Source: Sandaracinaceae bacterium
Lineage (GTDB): Bacteria; Myxococcota_A; Polyangia; Polyangiales; Sandaracinaceae
Assembly (NCBI GenBank): GCA_044220955.1
Contig: JBGAQA010000052.1
Location: 1 to 46,266 of the forward strand
Direction: 5' to 3'
DNA: 46,266 nt
Below are positions 26,434 through 35,181 of this stretch, in pieces; position 1 is the stretch's first letter, and every line of letters begins with the position of its first letter. Both the position numbers and the translations under genes were made by a program. A model generated the notes under the pieces. That model saw only the letters and a list, made by a program, of their open reading frames with translations, was not told the origin of the DNA and did no database searches.

Positions 26434-27843
26434 ATGAGCCGCCGGCGCCTGATCGTCGTCGGGCTCGACTGTGCGCCGCCCTCGCTCGTCTTCGATCGCT
26501 ACCGCAGCGCGATGCCGACGATCGCGCGCGCCATGGGCCGCGGGATCTGGGGCCCGCTTCGCTCGAGCGTGCCGCCGATCACCGTGCCCGCGTGGGCGTC
26601 GATGACCAGCGGTATCGATCCCGGCGAGCTCGGGCTCTACGGCTTCCGCAACCGGGCCCTTCGCGAGGGCGCGCGCGGCTACGAGCTCGCCACGTCCACG
26701 GCGGACGACGTGCACGCTCCGCGCATCTGGGACCTCGCGGAGCGAGGCGGGCTGCGCGCCGCGGCGCTCTACGTGCCGCCGACCTGGCCGCCGCCGCGCA
26801 CGTCCGCGACGATCGTGTCGTGCATGCTCACGCCCGGTCCCGACGCGCCGCACACGCAGCCGCCGGAGCTCGCGGCCGAGCTCCGCGCCCGGTTCGGACC
26901 GCACGCGCCCGACCTCGACGACGCGAGCGGCACCCTCGCACCGGAGGCCGTGCTCGCGGGGCTGCACGCCATCGCGACACAGCACTTCGACGTCGCCGAG
27001 CACGTGCTCGCCACGCGCGACCCGGACCTGCTGATGCTCGTCGAGCTCGCGACCGATCGGCTCCACCACGCGCTCTGGCCGGCGATGGACCCGGGCGATC
27101 CCCGCCACGATCCGCGGAGCCCCCACGGGCGCGGCGCGCGCGATCTCTACCGCTACCTCGACGCGCGCATCGAGCGCCTGCTCGAGAAGGCCGGGCACGA
27201 CGCGACGCTCCTCGTCGTCAGCGATCACGGCGCGCGCCCGCTGCTCGGCGGCGTGCGGGTGAACGAGATCTTGCGGCGCGAGGGCTGGCTCGTCCTGAAA
27301 GAGGACCCGAAGGGCGAGGTCCCGCTCGCTCCGGCGAACGTCGACTGGTCGCGAACGCGAGCCTGGAGCGAGGGCGGCTACTATGCGCGCGTGTTCCTCA
27401 ACGTCCGCGGGCGCGAGCCCGAGGGCACGCTCGATCCGGGCGAGGTCGCGGCAGCGAAGGACGCGCTCGAGGCCTCGCTCGGTCGCATCGAGGAGGACGG
27501 CGTCGTGATCGAGAGCCGCATCGAGCGCCCCGAGCGCACCTACCGCACCGTGAACGGAGTCGCGCCGGATCTGCTCTGCTTCTTCGGCGACCTCTCGCAT
27601 CGGTCGCTCGGCGGCGTCGGCGCGGGCCGCGTGCTCGCCACGATCGACGAGGTGGAGCGCGGGCCCGGCCGCGGCGGCGCGAACCACGACTGGGACGGCG
27701 TGTTCGTGCTCGCCGGTCCGGGCGTCGATCCGCGCGGGCGAGCCGAGGGGGCATCGATCCTCGACGTCGCGCCGACGTGCCTGCGCCTGCTCGGCCTGCC
27801 CGTGCCCGCCTCGATGCGCGGGCGTGATCTGCGGACGATCTGA
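26434..27843 (+). CDS. alkaline phosphatase superfamily / type I phosphodiesterase-like protein (1)
   Basis: VVGLDCA, SSVPPITVPAWASMTSG..PGELGLYGFRNR (Thr nucleophile), TDRLHH, VVSDHG, ANHDWDGVF, ILDVAPT; no signal peptide. Confidence 0.9.
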   Translation: MSRRRLIVVGLDCAPPSLVFDRYRSAMPTIARAMGRGIWGPLRSSVPPITVPAWASMTSGIDPGELGLYGFRNRALREGARGYELATSTADDVHAPRIWDLAERGGLRAAALYVPPTWPPPRTSATIVSCMLTPGPDAPHTQPPELAAELRARFGPHAPDLDDASGTLAPEAVLAGLHAIATQHFDVAEHVLATRDPDLLMLVELATDRLHHALWPAMDPGDPRHDPRSPHGRGARDLYRYLDARIERLLEKAGHDATLLVVSDHGARPLLGGVRVNEILRREGWLVLKEDPKGEVPLAPANVDWSRTRAWSEGGYYARVFLNVRGREPEGTLDPGEVAAAKDALEASLGRIEEDGVVIESRIERPERTYRTVNGVAPDLLCFFGDLSHRSLGGVGAGRVLATIDEVERGPGRGGANHDWDGVFVLAGPGVDPRGRAEGASILDVAPTCLRLLGLPVPASMRGRDLRTI

Positions 27844-27848
27844 TACGA

Positions 27849-27886
27849 CCTCACCCAACCCTCTCCCCGCGTTCGCGGGGAGAGGG
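27849..27886. repeat. BoxC/REP-like palindrome CCTCACCCAA-CCCTCTCCCCGCG-TT-CGCGGGGAGAGGG; probable bidirectional terminator
   Basis: Perfect inverted repeat 27859-27871 / 27874-27886 with pyrimidine-rich leader, between convergent genes. Confidence 0.75.
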
Positions 27887-27889
27887 AGA

Positions 27890-28336
27890 TCAGCGGGTCA
27901 GCGTGCTCGTCAGCGTGATCGGCACCGCGGCGAGCGCCTTCGAGATCGGACAGCCCTTCTTGGCGTTCTCGGCGGCGGTGTCGAACGCCGCCTGCTCGAT
28001 CCCGGGGACCTTCGCGTCGAGCGCGAGGTCGATCCCCGCGACGCTCCAGTGCACACCCTCGCTCGCCATCCGGACGGTCGCCGTGACCTCGAGCTTCTCC
28101 GGCGGGTGACCCGCGGCCGTGAGCCCGAAGCTGAGCGCCATCGCGAAGCAGCCGGCGTGGGCCGCGGCGATCAGCTCCTCGGGGTTGGTGCCCGCGCGCC
28201 CGTCCTCGCTCGCGAAGCGGGCCTTCGTCGAGTAGGGCCGGCTCTCGAACGCGCCGCTCTGGGTCGTCAGCTCGCCCTTCCCCTCGGCCCCCGTGCCCCG
28301 CCAGACCGCGACGCTCTTCCTCGAAAACGTTCCCAT
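27890..28336 (-). CDS. osmC: OsmC family peroxiredoxin
   Basis: AVWRG..AEGKG.LTTQSG, GTNPEELIAAAHAGCFAMALS, AKKGCPISKAL; GGAGG SD before ATG 28336. Confidence 0.95.
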   Translation of the reverse strand: MGTFSRKSVAVWRGTGAEGKGELTTQSGAFESRPYSTKARFASEDGRAGTNPEELIAAAHAGCFAMALSFGLTAAGHPPEKLEVTATVRMASEGVHWSVAGIDLALDAKVPGIEQAAFDTAAENAKKGCPISKALAAVPITLTSTLTR

Positions 28337-28406
28337 GTGGGTACCTCCGCGCGGCGTCATGGAGCCCGCGGTACCGAGGCGCAATGGGTCTGCTAAGGCC
28401 CCTGCC

Positions 28407-30074
28407 ATGGGCGCGCGGCACCTGATCGTCGGGATCGACGGCGCCGACTGGGACGTGGTCGACGCGGTCGGCCCGGGGCGACTGCCGACGCTGGCGTCGC
28501 TGCGCGCGCGCGGCGCCTGGGCGCGGCTGACCAGCGTGATGCCGCCCGCGACCCTTCCCAACTGGACGACGTTCCTCACGGGCGCCGATCCCGGCGTGCA
28601 TGGCGTGTTCGACTTCACGCGGCGCGAGGGCTACCGGGTGCATTTCGCGAGCGGCGCCGCCCGGGCCGTGCCGACCTGGCTGGCTCGGCTCGACGCGGCG
28701 GGGAAGGTCTGCGCGTCGCTCTCGTTCCCCGGCACCTACCCGCCGGAGCGCCTCGCGCACGGGCTCGCCATCAGCGGCTGGGACTCGCCCGTCGCGTTCG
28801 AGGCCGATCGCTCGTTCGTGTGGCCGCCCGCGGCGTTCGACGCCATCACGAAGAGGTTCGGGCCCCTCCGGTTCGACGAGGTCGACGAGTTCGACACGGC
28901 CTCCCCCCGCTTCCAAGACACGCTCGGCGCCAGGCTGTCCGGGAAGGTCGACCGACGCGCCGAGCTCTACGCGCACCTGCTCGGCGAGCGCGCGTGGGAC
29001 GTGTTCGCCTGCTACTTCGGCGAGACCGATACCGCGTCGCACCACCTCTTCGGGTGCTTCGACCCGCGCTCGCCGCGCCACCCTGCCGCTGTGTCGTGGG
29101 GCGCGTCCGACGGGCTGCCGCGCGTGTACGAGGCCATCGATCGGGCCCTCGCGCGGCTGATCGAGCAGGCCGGAGGCGATGTCGAGCTCACGCTCGTGAG
29201 CGATCACGGCTCGGGCCCCTCGTCGGACACCGTCCTGTACCTGAACCGGGCGCTCGAAGAGGCCGGCTTGCTCGCGTTCCGTCCGGCGCGGGCGCTGGCG
29301 CACGCCACGGCCGCGCTGAAGGACGCGGCGCTCACGCTCCTGCCCGCCCGCGCGAAGGAGCGCGCGTTCATGGCGATGGGTCGAGCGCTCCCGGGGTGGC
29401 TCGAGAGCCACGCGCGCTTCGGCGCGATCGACATGGCGCGCACGCGCGTGTTCTCGGAAGAGCTGAACTACTTCCCCTCGCTGATCGTGAACCTGCGCGA
29501 GCGCGAGCCGGCGGGGGCGGTCGACCAGGCGGAGCTGCCGGCGCTGCGGGCGCACCTCGAGGACGTCGCCCGCAACCTCGTCGATCCCTGGACCGGCGCG
29601 CGGGTGATCCGCGCGATCCACGCGCGCGCAGACGTGTACTTCGGGCCGCACGTCGCGCGCGCGCCCGACTTCGTGCTCGAGCTCGCGCTCGATCGCGGAG
29701 CCTCGTACAACCTGATGCCCTCGACCGGCGCGGGCAGCGTGTTCCGTCGCCTCGATCCGGCGGAGTGGCTCGGCCGGAAGGGGCGAAGCCTGCCGGGAAG
29801 CCACCGCCCGCGAGGGCTCTTCCTCGCGGCCGGTCCGAGCGTACGTGCGAGCGGAGAGGTGCCTGCGCGGATCGCCGACGCGAGCGCGACGTGCCTGGCC
29901 CGGATGGGCGTCGAGCCGCCGGACGATGCCGCAGGCCGCGTGCTGGGCGAGATCCTCGTGTCGCGCTCGTCGACGCGCGTCCTGCTCCCGGAGGTCGAGC
30001 CGAGCGCGGGGCCGGCGCAGATGGATCTCGCGCGGACCGAGGCGCGCCTGCGAGCGCTGGGCTACGTGGACTGA
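28407..30074 (+). CDS. alkaline phosphatase superfamily / type I phosphodiesterase-like protein (2)
   Basis: IVGIDGADW, SVMPPATLPNWTTFLTG, TDTASHH, LVSDHG, GSHRPRGLF, C-terminal EARLRALGYVD. Confidence 0.9.
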   Translation: MGARHLIVGIDGADWDVVDAVGPGRLPTLASLRARGAWARLTSVMPPATLPNWTTFLTGADPGVHGVFDFTRREGYRVHFASGAARAVPTWLARLDAAGKVCASLSFPGTYPPERLAHGLAISGWDSPVAFEADRSFVWPPAAFDAITKRFGPLRFDEVDEFDTASPRFQDTLGARLSGKVDRRAELYAHLLGERAWDVFACYFGETDTASHHLFGCFDPRSPRHPAAVSWGASDGLPRVYEAIDRALARLIEQAGGDVELTLVSDHGSGPSSDTVLYLNRALEEAGLLAFRPARALAHATAALKDAALTLLPARAKERAFMAMGRALPGWLESHARFGAIDMARTRVFSEELNYFPSLIVNLREREPAGAVDQAELPALRAHLEDVARNLVDPWTGARVIRAIHARADVYFGPHVARAPDFVLELALDRGASYNLMPSTGAGSVFRRLDPAEWLGRKGRSLPGSHRPRGLFLAAGPSVRASGEVPARIADASATCLARMGVEPPDDAAGRVLGEILVSRSSTRVLLPEVEPSAGPAQMDLARTEARLRALGYVD

Positions 30075-30105
30075 CGGGCTCCTCCCACGGACGTACCATG
30101 GGCAG

Positions 30106-31860
30106 ATGCCCTCGCTGTCGCTGTCGCCCTCGCTCTCGCTCTCGCTCTCGCTCTCGCTCTCGCTCTCGCTCCTCGCCTGCACGCCGTCCCCCGCACCCGC
30201 CGACGCCGCGACGAGCGACGCCCCCTCGATCGACGCCCCGGCGGTCGACGCCGACGAGCACATGGGCCTCTTGCTCCCGCGCTGCGACGACACCGACCCC
30301 GCGCCCGCGACGCCGCTGCCGCACCACGCGAGCACGCTCGTCGGGAGCTACGTGCCCCACGCGGCGCGGCTCGCGTCGCCGGCGATGCTCAACCCGGTCA
30401 CGGAGATGGGCGAGACGACCTACCGAGGGCTCGGCTACCACCTCGTCGACGTCGGCGCCGGACAGGCGCACGTGCCGCGGACCGACCTCGGCGGCGCGGT
30501 GACGACCTCGACCGACCGCCGCTCGCTCGCGTGGATCGCGCACCTGTCCGACTTCCAGCTCGCGGACGACGAGTCGCCGGTCCGCCTCGGTCGCACGGAC
30601 AGCGCGGCCATCTCGGGCGGCCTGCGCGCGCAGGAGGCGTACTTGCCGCGCGCGGTCTCGGCGATGAACCGGACGCTCGCGCGCATCACCGCGTCGGGGC
30701 GCAGCTTCGACGTCGGCATCGTCACGGGGGACTGCGCCGACAGCGCGCTCGCCAACGAGGTGGGCTGGGTCATCGAGGTGATGAACGGCGCGCCGGGCCT
30801 CGAGACCGACTCGGGGCAGGACGACGATCCCGTCCCCGGCCCCGGCAACGACCCCAAGGACCCGTTCGACCCCGTCGCCTTCCCGGCGCCCTGGCTCTAC
30901 GTGCCCGGCAACCACGATCTCGAGATCGTCGGCGTGACCGCGCCGGGCCCGGCGCAGCGCATGGACGCGCTCGGCACGCGCGCCGCGACCGGGACGCGCG
31001 ACTACCGTGAGTGGTACGCGCCGATCACGACAGGCAACGTGCCCGCCGATCCGGGGCGCGTGGTGCTCGATCGCGACGGCATCGTGCAGATCGTGCGCGA
31101 CACGGCCTCGACCGGCGCCCACGGACCCGCAGGTCACGGGTTTCCCGCGACGGGGACCGTGGACACGGCGCTGGGCGCGAACTGGTCGTACGACGTCGTC
31201 CCCGATCTGCTGCGCCTCGTCAGCATCGACACGAGCGATCGCACGGGCGGCTCGAACGGCATGATCCTGCAAGAGACGATCGACGGCTGGCTCCTGCCCG
31301 AGCTCGATCGCGCGGTCGCCGACGGAGTGCTGGTGATCCTCGCCTCGCACCACGCGATGCACGCCATCGACGTCTTCGCCGGGCAGCTGGGCTCGACCCC
31401 CGTTGCGGGGGCGCTCTCGGGCGACGAGGTGGAGGCGATCGTGACGATGCGCCCGGAGGTGATCGCGTGGCTCGTCGGCCACGAGCACGACAACCGCATC
31501 CGCGCCGTGGCAGGCCCGGACGCAGGGCACCCCGGCTACTGGGAGATCATGACGAGCGCGATCGCCGACTGGCCCTCGCAGGCGCGCACGATCGAGCTCG
31601 TCGACAACGGCGACGGCACGCTCTCGATCTTCGGCACGCTGATCGACTACGACACCGACGACTGCTTCGAGCGCCGCTTCCGCGCGCTGACCCAGATCGA
31701 GTGGGTCACCGGCTGGTCCGAGGCGCGCACGCTCGACGCGCCGGACCACAACGTCGAGCTCGTGCGCGCGATCCCGGCGAGCGCGGCCTCGGCCGTGAGC
31801 GCCGCGCGCGCGACCGCGCCCACACGCATCGAGAGCCTCACGACGCTCACGGCGCTCTGA
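30106..31860 (+). CDS. calcineurin-like metallophosphoesterase lipoprotein
   Basis: Lipobox LLAC; HLSDFQLADDESP, TGDCAD, PGNHD, ASHH, WLVGHEH, SAIADWP.QAR.IE. Confidence 0.88.
   Translation: MPSLSLSPSLSLSLSLSLSLSLLACTPSPAPADAATSDAPSIDAPAVDADEHMGLLLPRCDDTDPAPATPLPHHASTLVGSYVPHAARLASPAMLNPVTEMGETTYRGLGYHLVDVGAGQAHVPRTDLGGAVTTSTDRRSLAWIAHLSDFQLADDESPVRLGRTDSAAISGGLRAQEAYLPRAVSAMNRTLARITASGRSFDVGIVTGDCADSALANEVGWVIEVMNGAPGLETDSGQDDDPVPGPGNDPKDPFDPVAFPAPWLYVPGNHDLEIVGVTAPGPAQRMDALGTRAATGTRDYREWYAPITTGNVPADPGRVVLDRDGIVQIVRDTASTGAHGPAGHGFPATGTVDTALGANWSYDVVPDLLRLVSIDTSDRTGGSNGMILQETIDGWLLPELDRAVADGVLVILASHHAMHAIDVFAGQLGSTPVAGALSGDEVEAIVTMRPEVIAWLVGHEHDNRIRAVAGPDAGHPGYWEIMTSAIADWPSQARTIELVDNGDGTLSIFGTLIDYDTDDCFERRFRALTQIEWVTGWSEARTLDAPDHNVELVRAIPASAASAVSAARATAPTRIESLTTLTAL
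30130..30171 (+). repeat. (TCGCTC)7 hexanucleotide microsatellite encoding (SL)n in a signal peptide
   Basis: Seven perfect copies, preceded by three degenerate units (TCGCTG TCGCTG TCGCCC). Confidence 0.9.
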
Positions 31861-31882
31861 GGCTCGGTGGCGCCGGACTGCA

Positions 31883-32782
31883 TCAGACGCTCTGGGCGCG
31901 GGCACGCTCGACGAGGTGCCGCGCGGCCGGGTGCGCCAGCTTCCGGTCGACCGTGATCGCGTAGAAGCGCTCCCGCACTTCCTCGGTGGCGCCGATGGTC
32001 ACGCCGTCGTGGCGTGCGCGGACCTCGGCCGCGATCGAGCTCGGCACCGGGTAGACGCCCTCGCCCCGCTCGCCGAAGACCTTCATCAGCGCCGTGTCCT
32101 CGAACTCGGCGACGATGTGCGGTCGCACCTCGTGGCGCTCGAAGTACGCGTCGAGCCCGCGGCGCGCCTCCGTGCCGCGCGTCGGAAGGAGCAGCGGTGC
32201 GCCGTCGAGGCAAGCGGGGAAGCGCGGCGTCGGCAGGACGCTCCGGACCTCGGCGGTCGCCAGGAAGGTGACCCCCGAGTCGCCCACCGGGTGGTTGAAC
32301 GCCCGGATCGGCGACGAAGATGGCAGCGGCGCGTCCGTGAGCACGAGGTCCAGATCGCGCAGCGCGAGCTCGGCGAGCAGGCGCGCGGTCTTGTCCTCCG
32401 TGCAGACGAGCGCTGTGGCCGGCTGCATCCGGAGCGCCGGCTCGAGCAGGCGGTGCGCCACCATCTTGGGCACCGTGTCCGACACGCCGACCCGCAGCGG
32501 GACCGCGCCCGCGCGCGTCCGTCCGCGGATGGCGTCGAGCATCCGCTGCCCGGTGCCGAAGATCTCCTCGGCGTAGCGAAACGTCGTGCGCCCGACCTCG
32601 GTCAGGCGCAGCGAGCGGCCCGAGCGGTCGAAGAGCGACTCGCCGAGCGCGCCCTCGAGGAGCTTCAGCTGACCGCTCACGGTCGGCTGCGCCAGCCGGA
32701 GCACCTCGCAGGCGCGCGCGATCGAGCCTTCCCTGGCGACGACGTAGAAGTAGAAGAGGTGGTGGTAGTTGAGCCACTCCAC
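31883..32782 (-). CDS. nhaR: NhaR-like LysR family transcriptional regulator
   Basis: (M)EWLNYHHLFYFYVVAREGSIARA...AQPTVSGQLKLLE; YAEEIFGTG; VAEFEDTALMKVFG; AITVDRKLAHP. GTG 32782 preferred over ATG 32845. Confidence 0.88.
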   Translation of the reverse strand: MEWLNYHHLFYFYVVAREGSIARACEVLRLAQPTVSGQLKLLEGALGESLFDRSGRSLRLTEVGRTTFRYAEEIFGTGQRMLDAIRGRTRAGAVPLRVGVSDTVPKMVAHRLLEPALRMQPATALVCTEDKTARLLAELALRDLDLVLTDAPLPSSSPIRAFNHPVGDSGVTFLATAEVRSVLPTPRFPACLDGAPLLLPTRGTEARRGLDAYFERHEVRPHIVAEFEDTALMKVFGERGEGVYPVPSSIAAEVRARHDGVTIGATEEVRERFYAITVDRKLAHPAARHLVERARAQSV

Positions 32783-32842
32783 CGGCGCCGGTCGCGGCGC
32801 GGCGCTCGGGCGCGTGGGGCGACGGGTGCGGCCCGGGTTCTC

Positions 32843-32859
32843 CATCGGTTTTCCCGATG
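32843..32859. promoter_or_regulatory. putative LysR (NhaR-type) binding site CATCGG-TTTTC-CCGATG
   Basis: Perfect 6-bp dyad containing T-N11-A (T32845/A32857), 60 bp upstream of the LysR GTG, in the divergent region. Confidence 0.7.
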
Positions 32860-32951
32860 TACCACGTGACGTCGTGGCCCGGCAGCGTGGGCCAGGCGAC
32901 CGATCGGACCCACGCCGGCGCCCCGGACCGGCACCTGCGCTATGAACGCGC

Positions 32952-34106
32952 GTGCGCCGACTCGAGACGCTCCACGTCGCGGCCCTGCCGTACCCGACGT
33001 CGCAGGGGACGCAGGCGGCGATCGGCTGCATGGTCGCCGCGCTGGCGCGAGAGGGGCGGGCCACGGCGCTGCTCACCTACGGAAGCGGCGCCGGAGCCGA
33101 GACGCGCTTCGAGCATCGCGTCACCGAGGGGCCGATCCAGCCCCGCTCGCTGCGCTCGGGCCCCTCGCTCGAGAAGCTCGTCGCAGACGCCAGCCTCGCG
33201 CGGGCGCTGCGCGCGCAGGCTCGTGAAGCCGACGTCGTGGTGGCGCACCACGTCGAGGCGGCGGCGATCGCGCTCGCGCTGCGCTTGCCGCGCTGGGTCT
33301 TCGTCGCCCACACGACGCTCGGACCCGAGCTGCCGACCTACCTGCCGCGCGCGCTCGGTCCGATCGCGTCGCGGGCCGGGCGAGCCCTCGATCGACGCCT
33401 CGCTCGGGCCGCCCCGGGGCTCGCTGCGATCTCCACGCACGTCGCCCGCGAGCTCGAGGCGCTGGCCGCGCGGCAGGCCGTCGTGCTGCCCGTCCCCATC
33501 CCGGCGCCCGTGCTGCGGCTCGAGCGCGCAGACGCGCGGGCTCGGCTCGGACTCGGGCAGGACGACGAGGTCGTGCTCTACGCGGGGAACCTGGACCGCT
33601 ACCAGGGCCTCCCCGTCCTCGTCGATGCGCTCGGTGCGCTGCGCGCGAGCCGGCCTCGCGCCCGGCTGCTCGTCGCCACCGAGTCGGACCCGGCGACGCT
33701 CCGCGACGCGCTCGAGCGCTCTTGCGTGCCAGCGCGCTTCGCGCCGCTCGCCACGGAGCACGATCGGGCCGCGGCGCACGCCGCGGCGGACGTCGCCGTC
33801 GTCACGCGCGGCACGCCCGGCGGGCTCCCGATCAAGCTCCTCGACGCGATCGCGCGCGAGGTCCCGGTCGTGGCGATGCGGCGGGCCCTCTCCGGGATGG
33901 ACACGCCAGGCGTGTGCGTCACGGACGACGACGCGCGCGCGGTCGCGCGGGGCCTCGGCGCCGCGCTCGACGCGAGCCTCGCCGATCGGGAGGTGTCTCG
34001 CGCGCTGGCGCTGCGCCACCTGACCTCACACCACGACGCCGCGAGCTTCGGGCGCGCCCTCGACATCGCCGTCCACCAGACGCATGTTCGAGCCCGAAGG
34101 CCATGA
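32952..34106 (+). CDS. glycosyltransferase family 4 (GT-B)
   Basis: LPYPTSQGTQ N-terminal motif, VLYAGNLDRYQG, ADVAVV.R..PGGLPIKLLDAIAREVPVV. Confidence 0.85.
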   Translation: MRRLETLHVAALPYPTSQGTQAAIGCMVAALAREGRATALLTYGSGAGAETRFEHRVTEGPIQPRSLRSGPSLEKLVADASLARALRAQAREADVVVAHHVEAAAIALALRLPRWVFVAHTTLGPELPTYLPRALGPIASRAGRALDRRLARAAPGLAAISTHVARELEALAARQAVVLPVPIPAPVLRLERADARARLGLGQDDEVVLYAGNLDRYQGLPVLVDALGALRASRPRARLLVATESDPATLRDALERSCVPARFAPLATEHDRAAAHAAADVAVVTRGTPGGLPIKLLDAIAREVPVVAMRRALSGMDTPGVCVTDDDARAVARGLGAALDASLADREVSRALALRHLTSHHDAASFGRALDIAVHQTHVRARRP

Positions 34107-34300
34107 CGACATTCGACCTCACGATCCAGGGCATGAGCTGCGGTCACTGCGTGAAGGCGGTGCAGGAGGCGCTGCGCCGCGTGAAGGGCGTCGAGCGCGT
34201 GGAGGTCGAGATCGGGCGCGCGCACGTCGAGGCGTCCCCGGCCGTGACCCGCCAGGCGCTGATCGAGACGCTCGAGCAGATCGACTACCCGGCGTCCTGA
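34103..34300 (+). CDS. copZ: heavy-metal-associated (HMA) domain copper chaperone
   Basis: MTTFDLTIQGMSCGHCVKAVQEAL (GMxCxxC); 65 aa; ATGA overlap with the GT4 stop. Confidence 0.88.
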   Translation: MTTFDLTIQGMSCGHCVKAVQEALRRVKGVERVEVEIGRAHVEASPAVTRQALIETLEQIDYPAS

Positions 34301-34322
34301 GGGAGCGCTCGCCGCGGCGCCG

Positions 34323-34736
34323 TCACGCATCGCCACGGGCCGCCGCAGCACGGTCGACCGCGTCCGCGAGGCGCTCGAGCGTGGTCCGCGCGCGGAACTC
34401 GGCGGGCGTCCACCACGCATGGTCGTCGTGCTCCTCGCAGCGCACCACCTCACCGGCGACGTGGTCGGCTCGGTAGACGATCACGCACATGGGCCGATCG
34501 AGGCGGCGCGCGACGTAGGCGTCCACGGGTCGAGCGTGGAGCCGGACCGCGAGGCCCGTCTCTTCGTGGATCTCGCGGAGCATGGCGTCCTCGGGCGGCT
34601 CGTCGGGCGAGACGCGCCCCGACACCGTCTCCCAGACGCCGGCGCCCGCGTCCTTCCGAGGGCTGCGCCGCATCGCGAGCACGCGGCCGCCGCGGAAGAT
34701 CACCGCGGCGACCGCGACCACGAACCCTGTGTCCAT
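34323..34736 (-). CDS. NUDIX hydrolase
   Basis: Nudix box G-RVSPD-E-PPEDAML-REIHEETGL. Confidence 0.9.
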   Translation of the reverse strand: MDTGFVVAVAAVIFRGGRVLAMRRSPRKDAGAGVWETVSGRVSPDEPPEDAMLREIHEETGLAVRLHARPVDAYVARRLDRPMCVIVYRADHVAGEVVRCEEHDDHAWWTPAEFRARTTLERLADAVDRAAAARGDA

Positions 34737-34776
34737 CGTTCGATCGTGCCACGCGCGCAGGCGCGGGCGCGATCCA

Positions 34777-34947
34777 TCACGGATCGTAGCCGGTGCCGCT
34801 GCTGCTCCCGACCTGGATGATGTCGCCGACGGGCACGACGGCGACGATCCGGTTGCCCTCGGCCTGGAGGTCGAAGACGCGCCAGAGGTTGCCGTTGCCG
34901 GGGTTCGACGGCGGCGTGAACGAGGTCGACTGCCCGAGGCCGCTCAC
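34777..34947 (-). pseudogene. short coding-like ORF (56 aa), possibly the orphaned C-terminus of a larger extracellular protein
   Basis: Near-uniform GC3 codon pattern for VSGLGQSTSFTPPSNPGNGNLWRVFDLQAEGNRIVAVVPVGDII...YDP*; upstream in-frame sequence does not look coding. Confidence 0.4.
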
Positions 34948-35181
34948 GTCCTCGCGGCCCCAGCTACGCACCGCACGGCGCGCTCGCACCGGTACGCCGG
35001 GCCGACCTGGACGATCGAGCAGTCCTGCGCCCCCCGCAGATCGTCGGAGATGGCAGCCCGGGCGCATGCGATCGCGGCCGATCGCGCGGATCTCGCGCTC
35101 CGCGCCCCGTCAAGAACCGGGCAAGAACGCCTGAAAAGTGGAGACGCGCGAAATCGCTGCCTACCATCTCGCTCACGCCTG

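Noticed and set aside
35082..35096. CGCGGATCTCG match to the core of the 87-bp dispersed repeat
   Set aside because: Only about 11 nt match and the flanks do not align; compatible with chance in GC-rich DNA.
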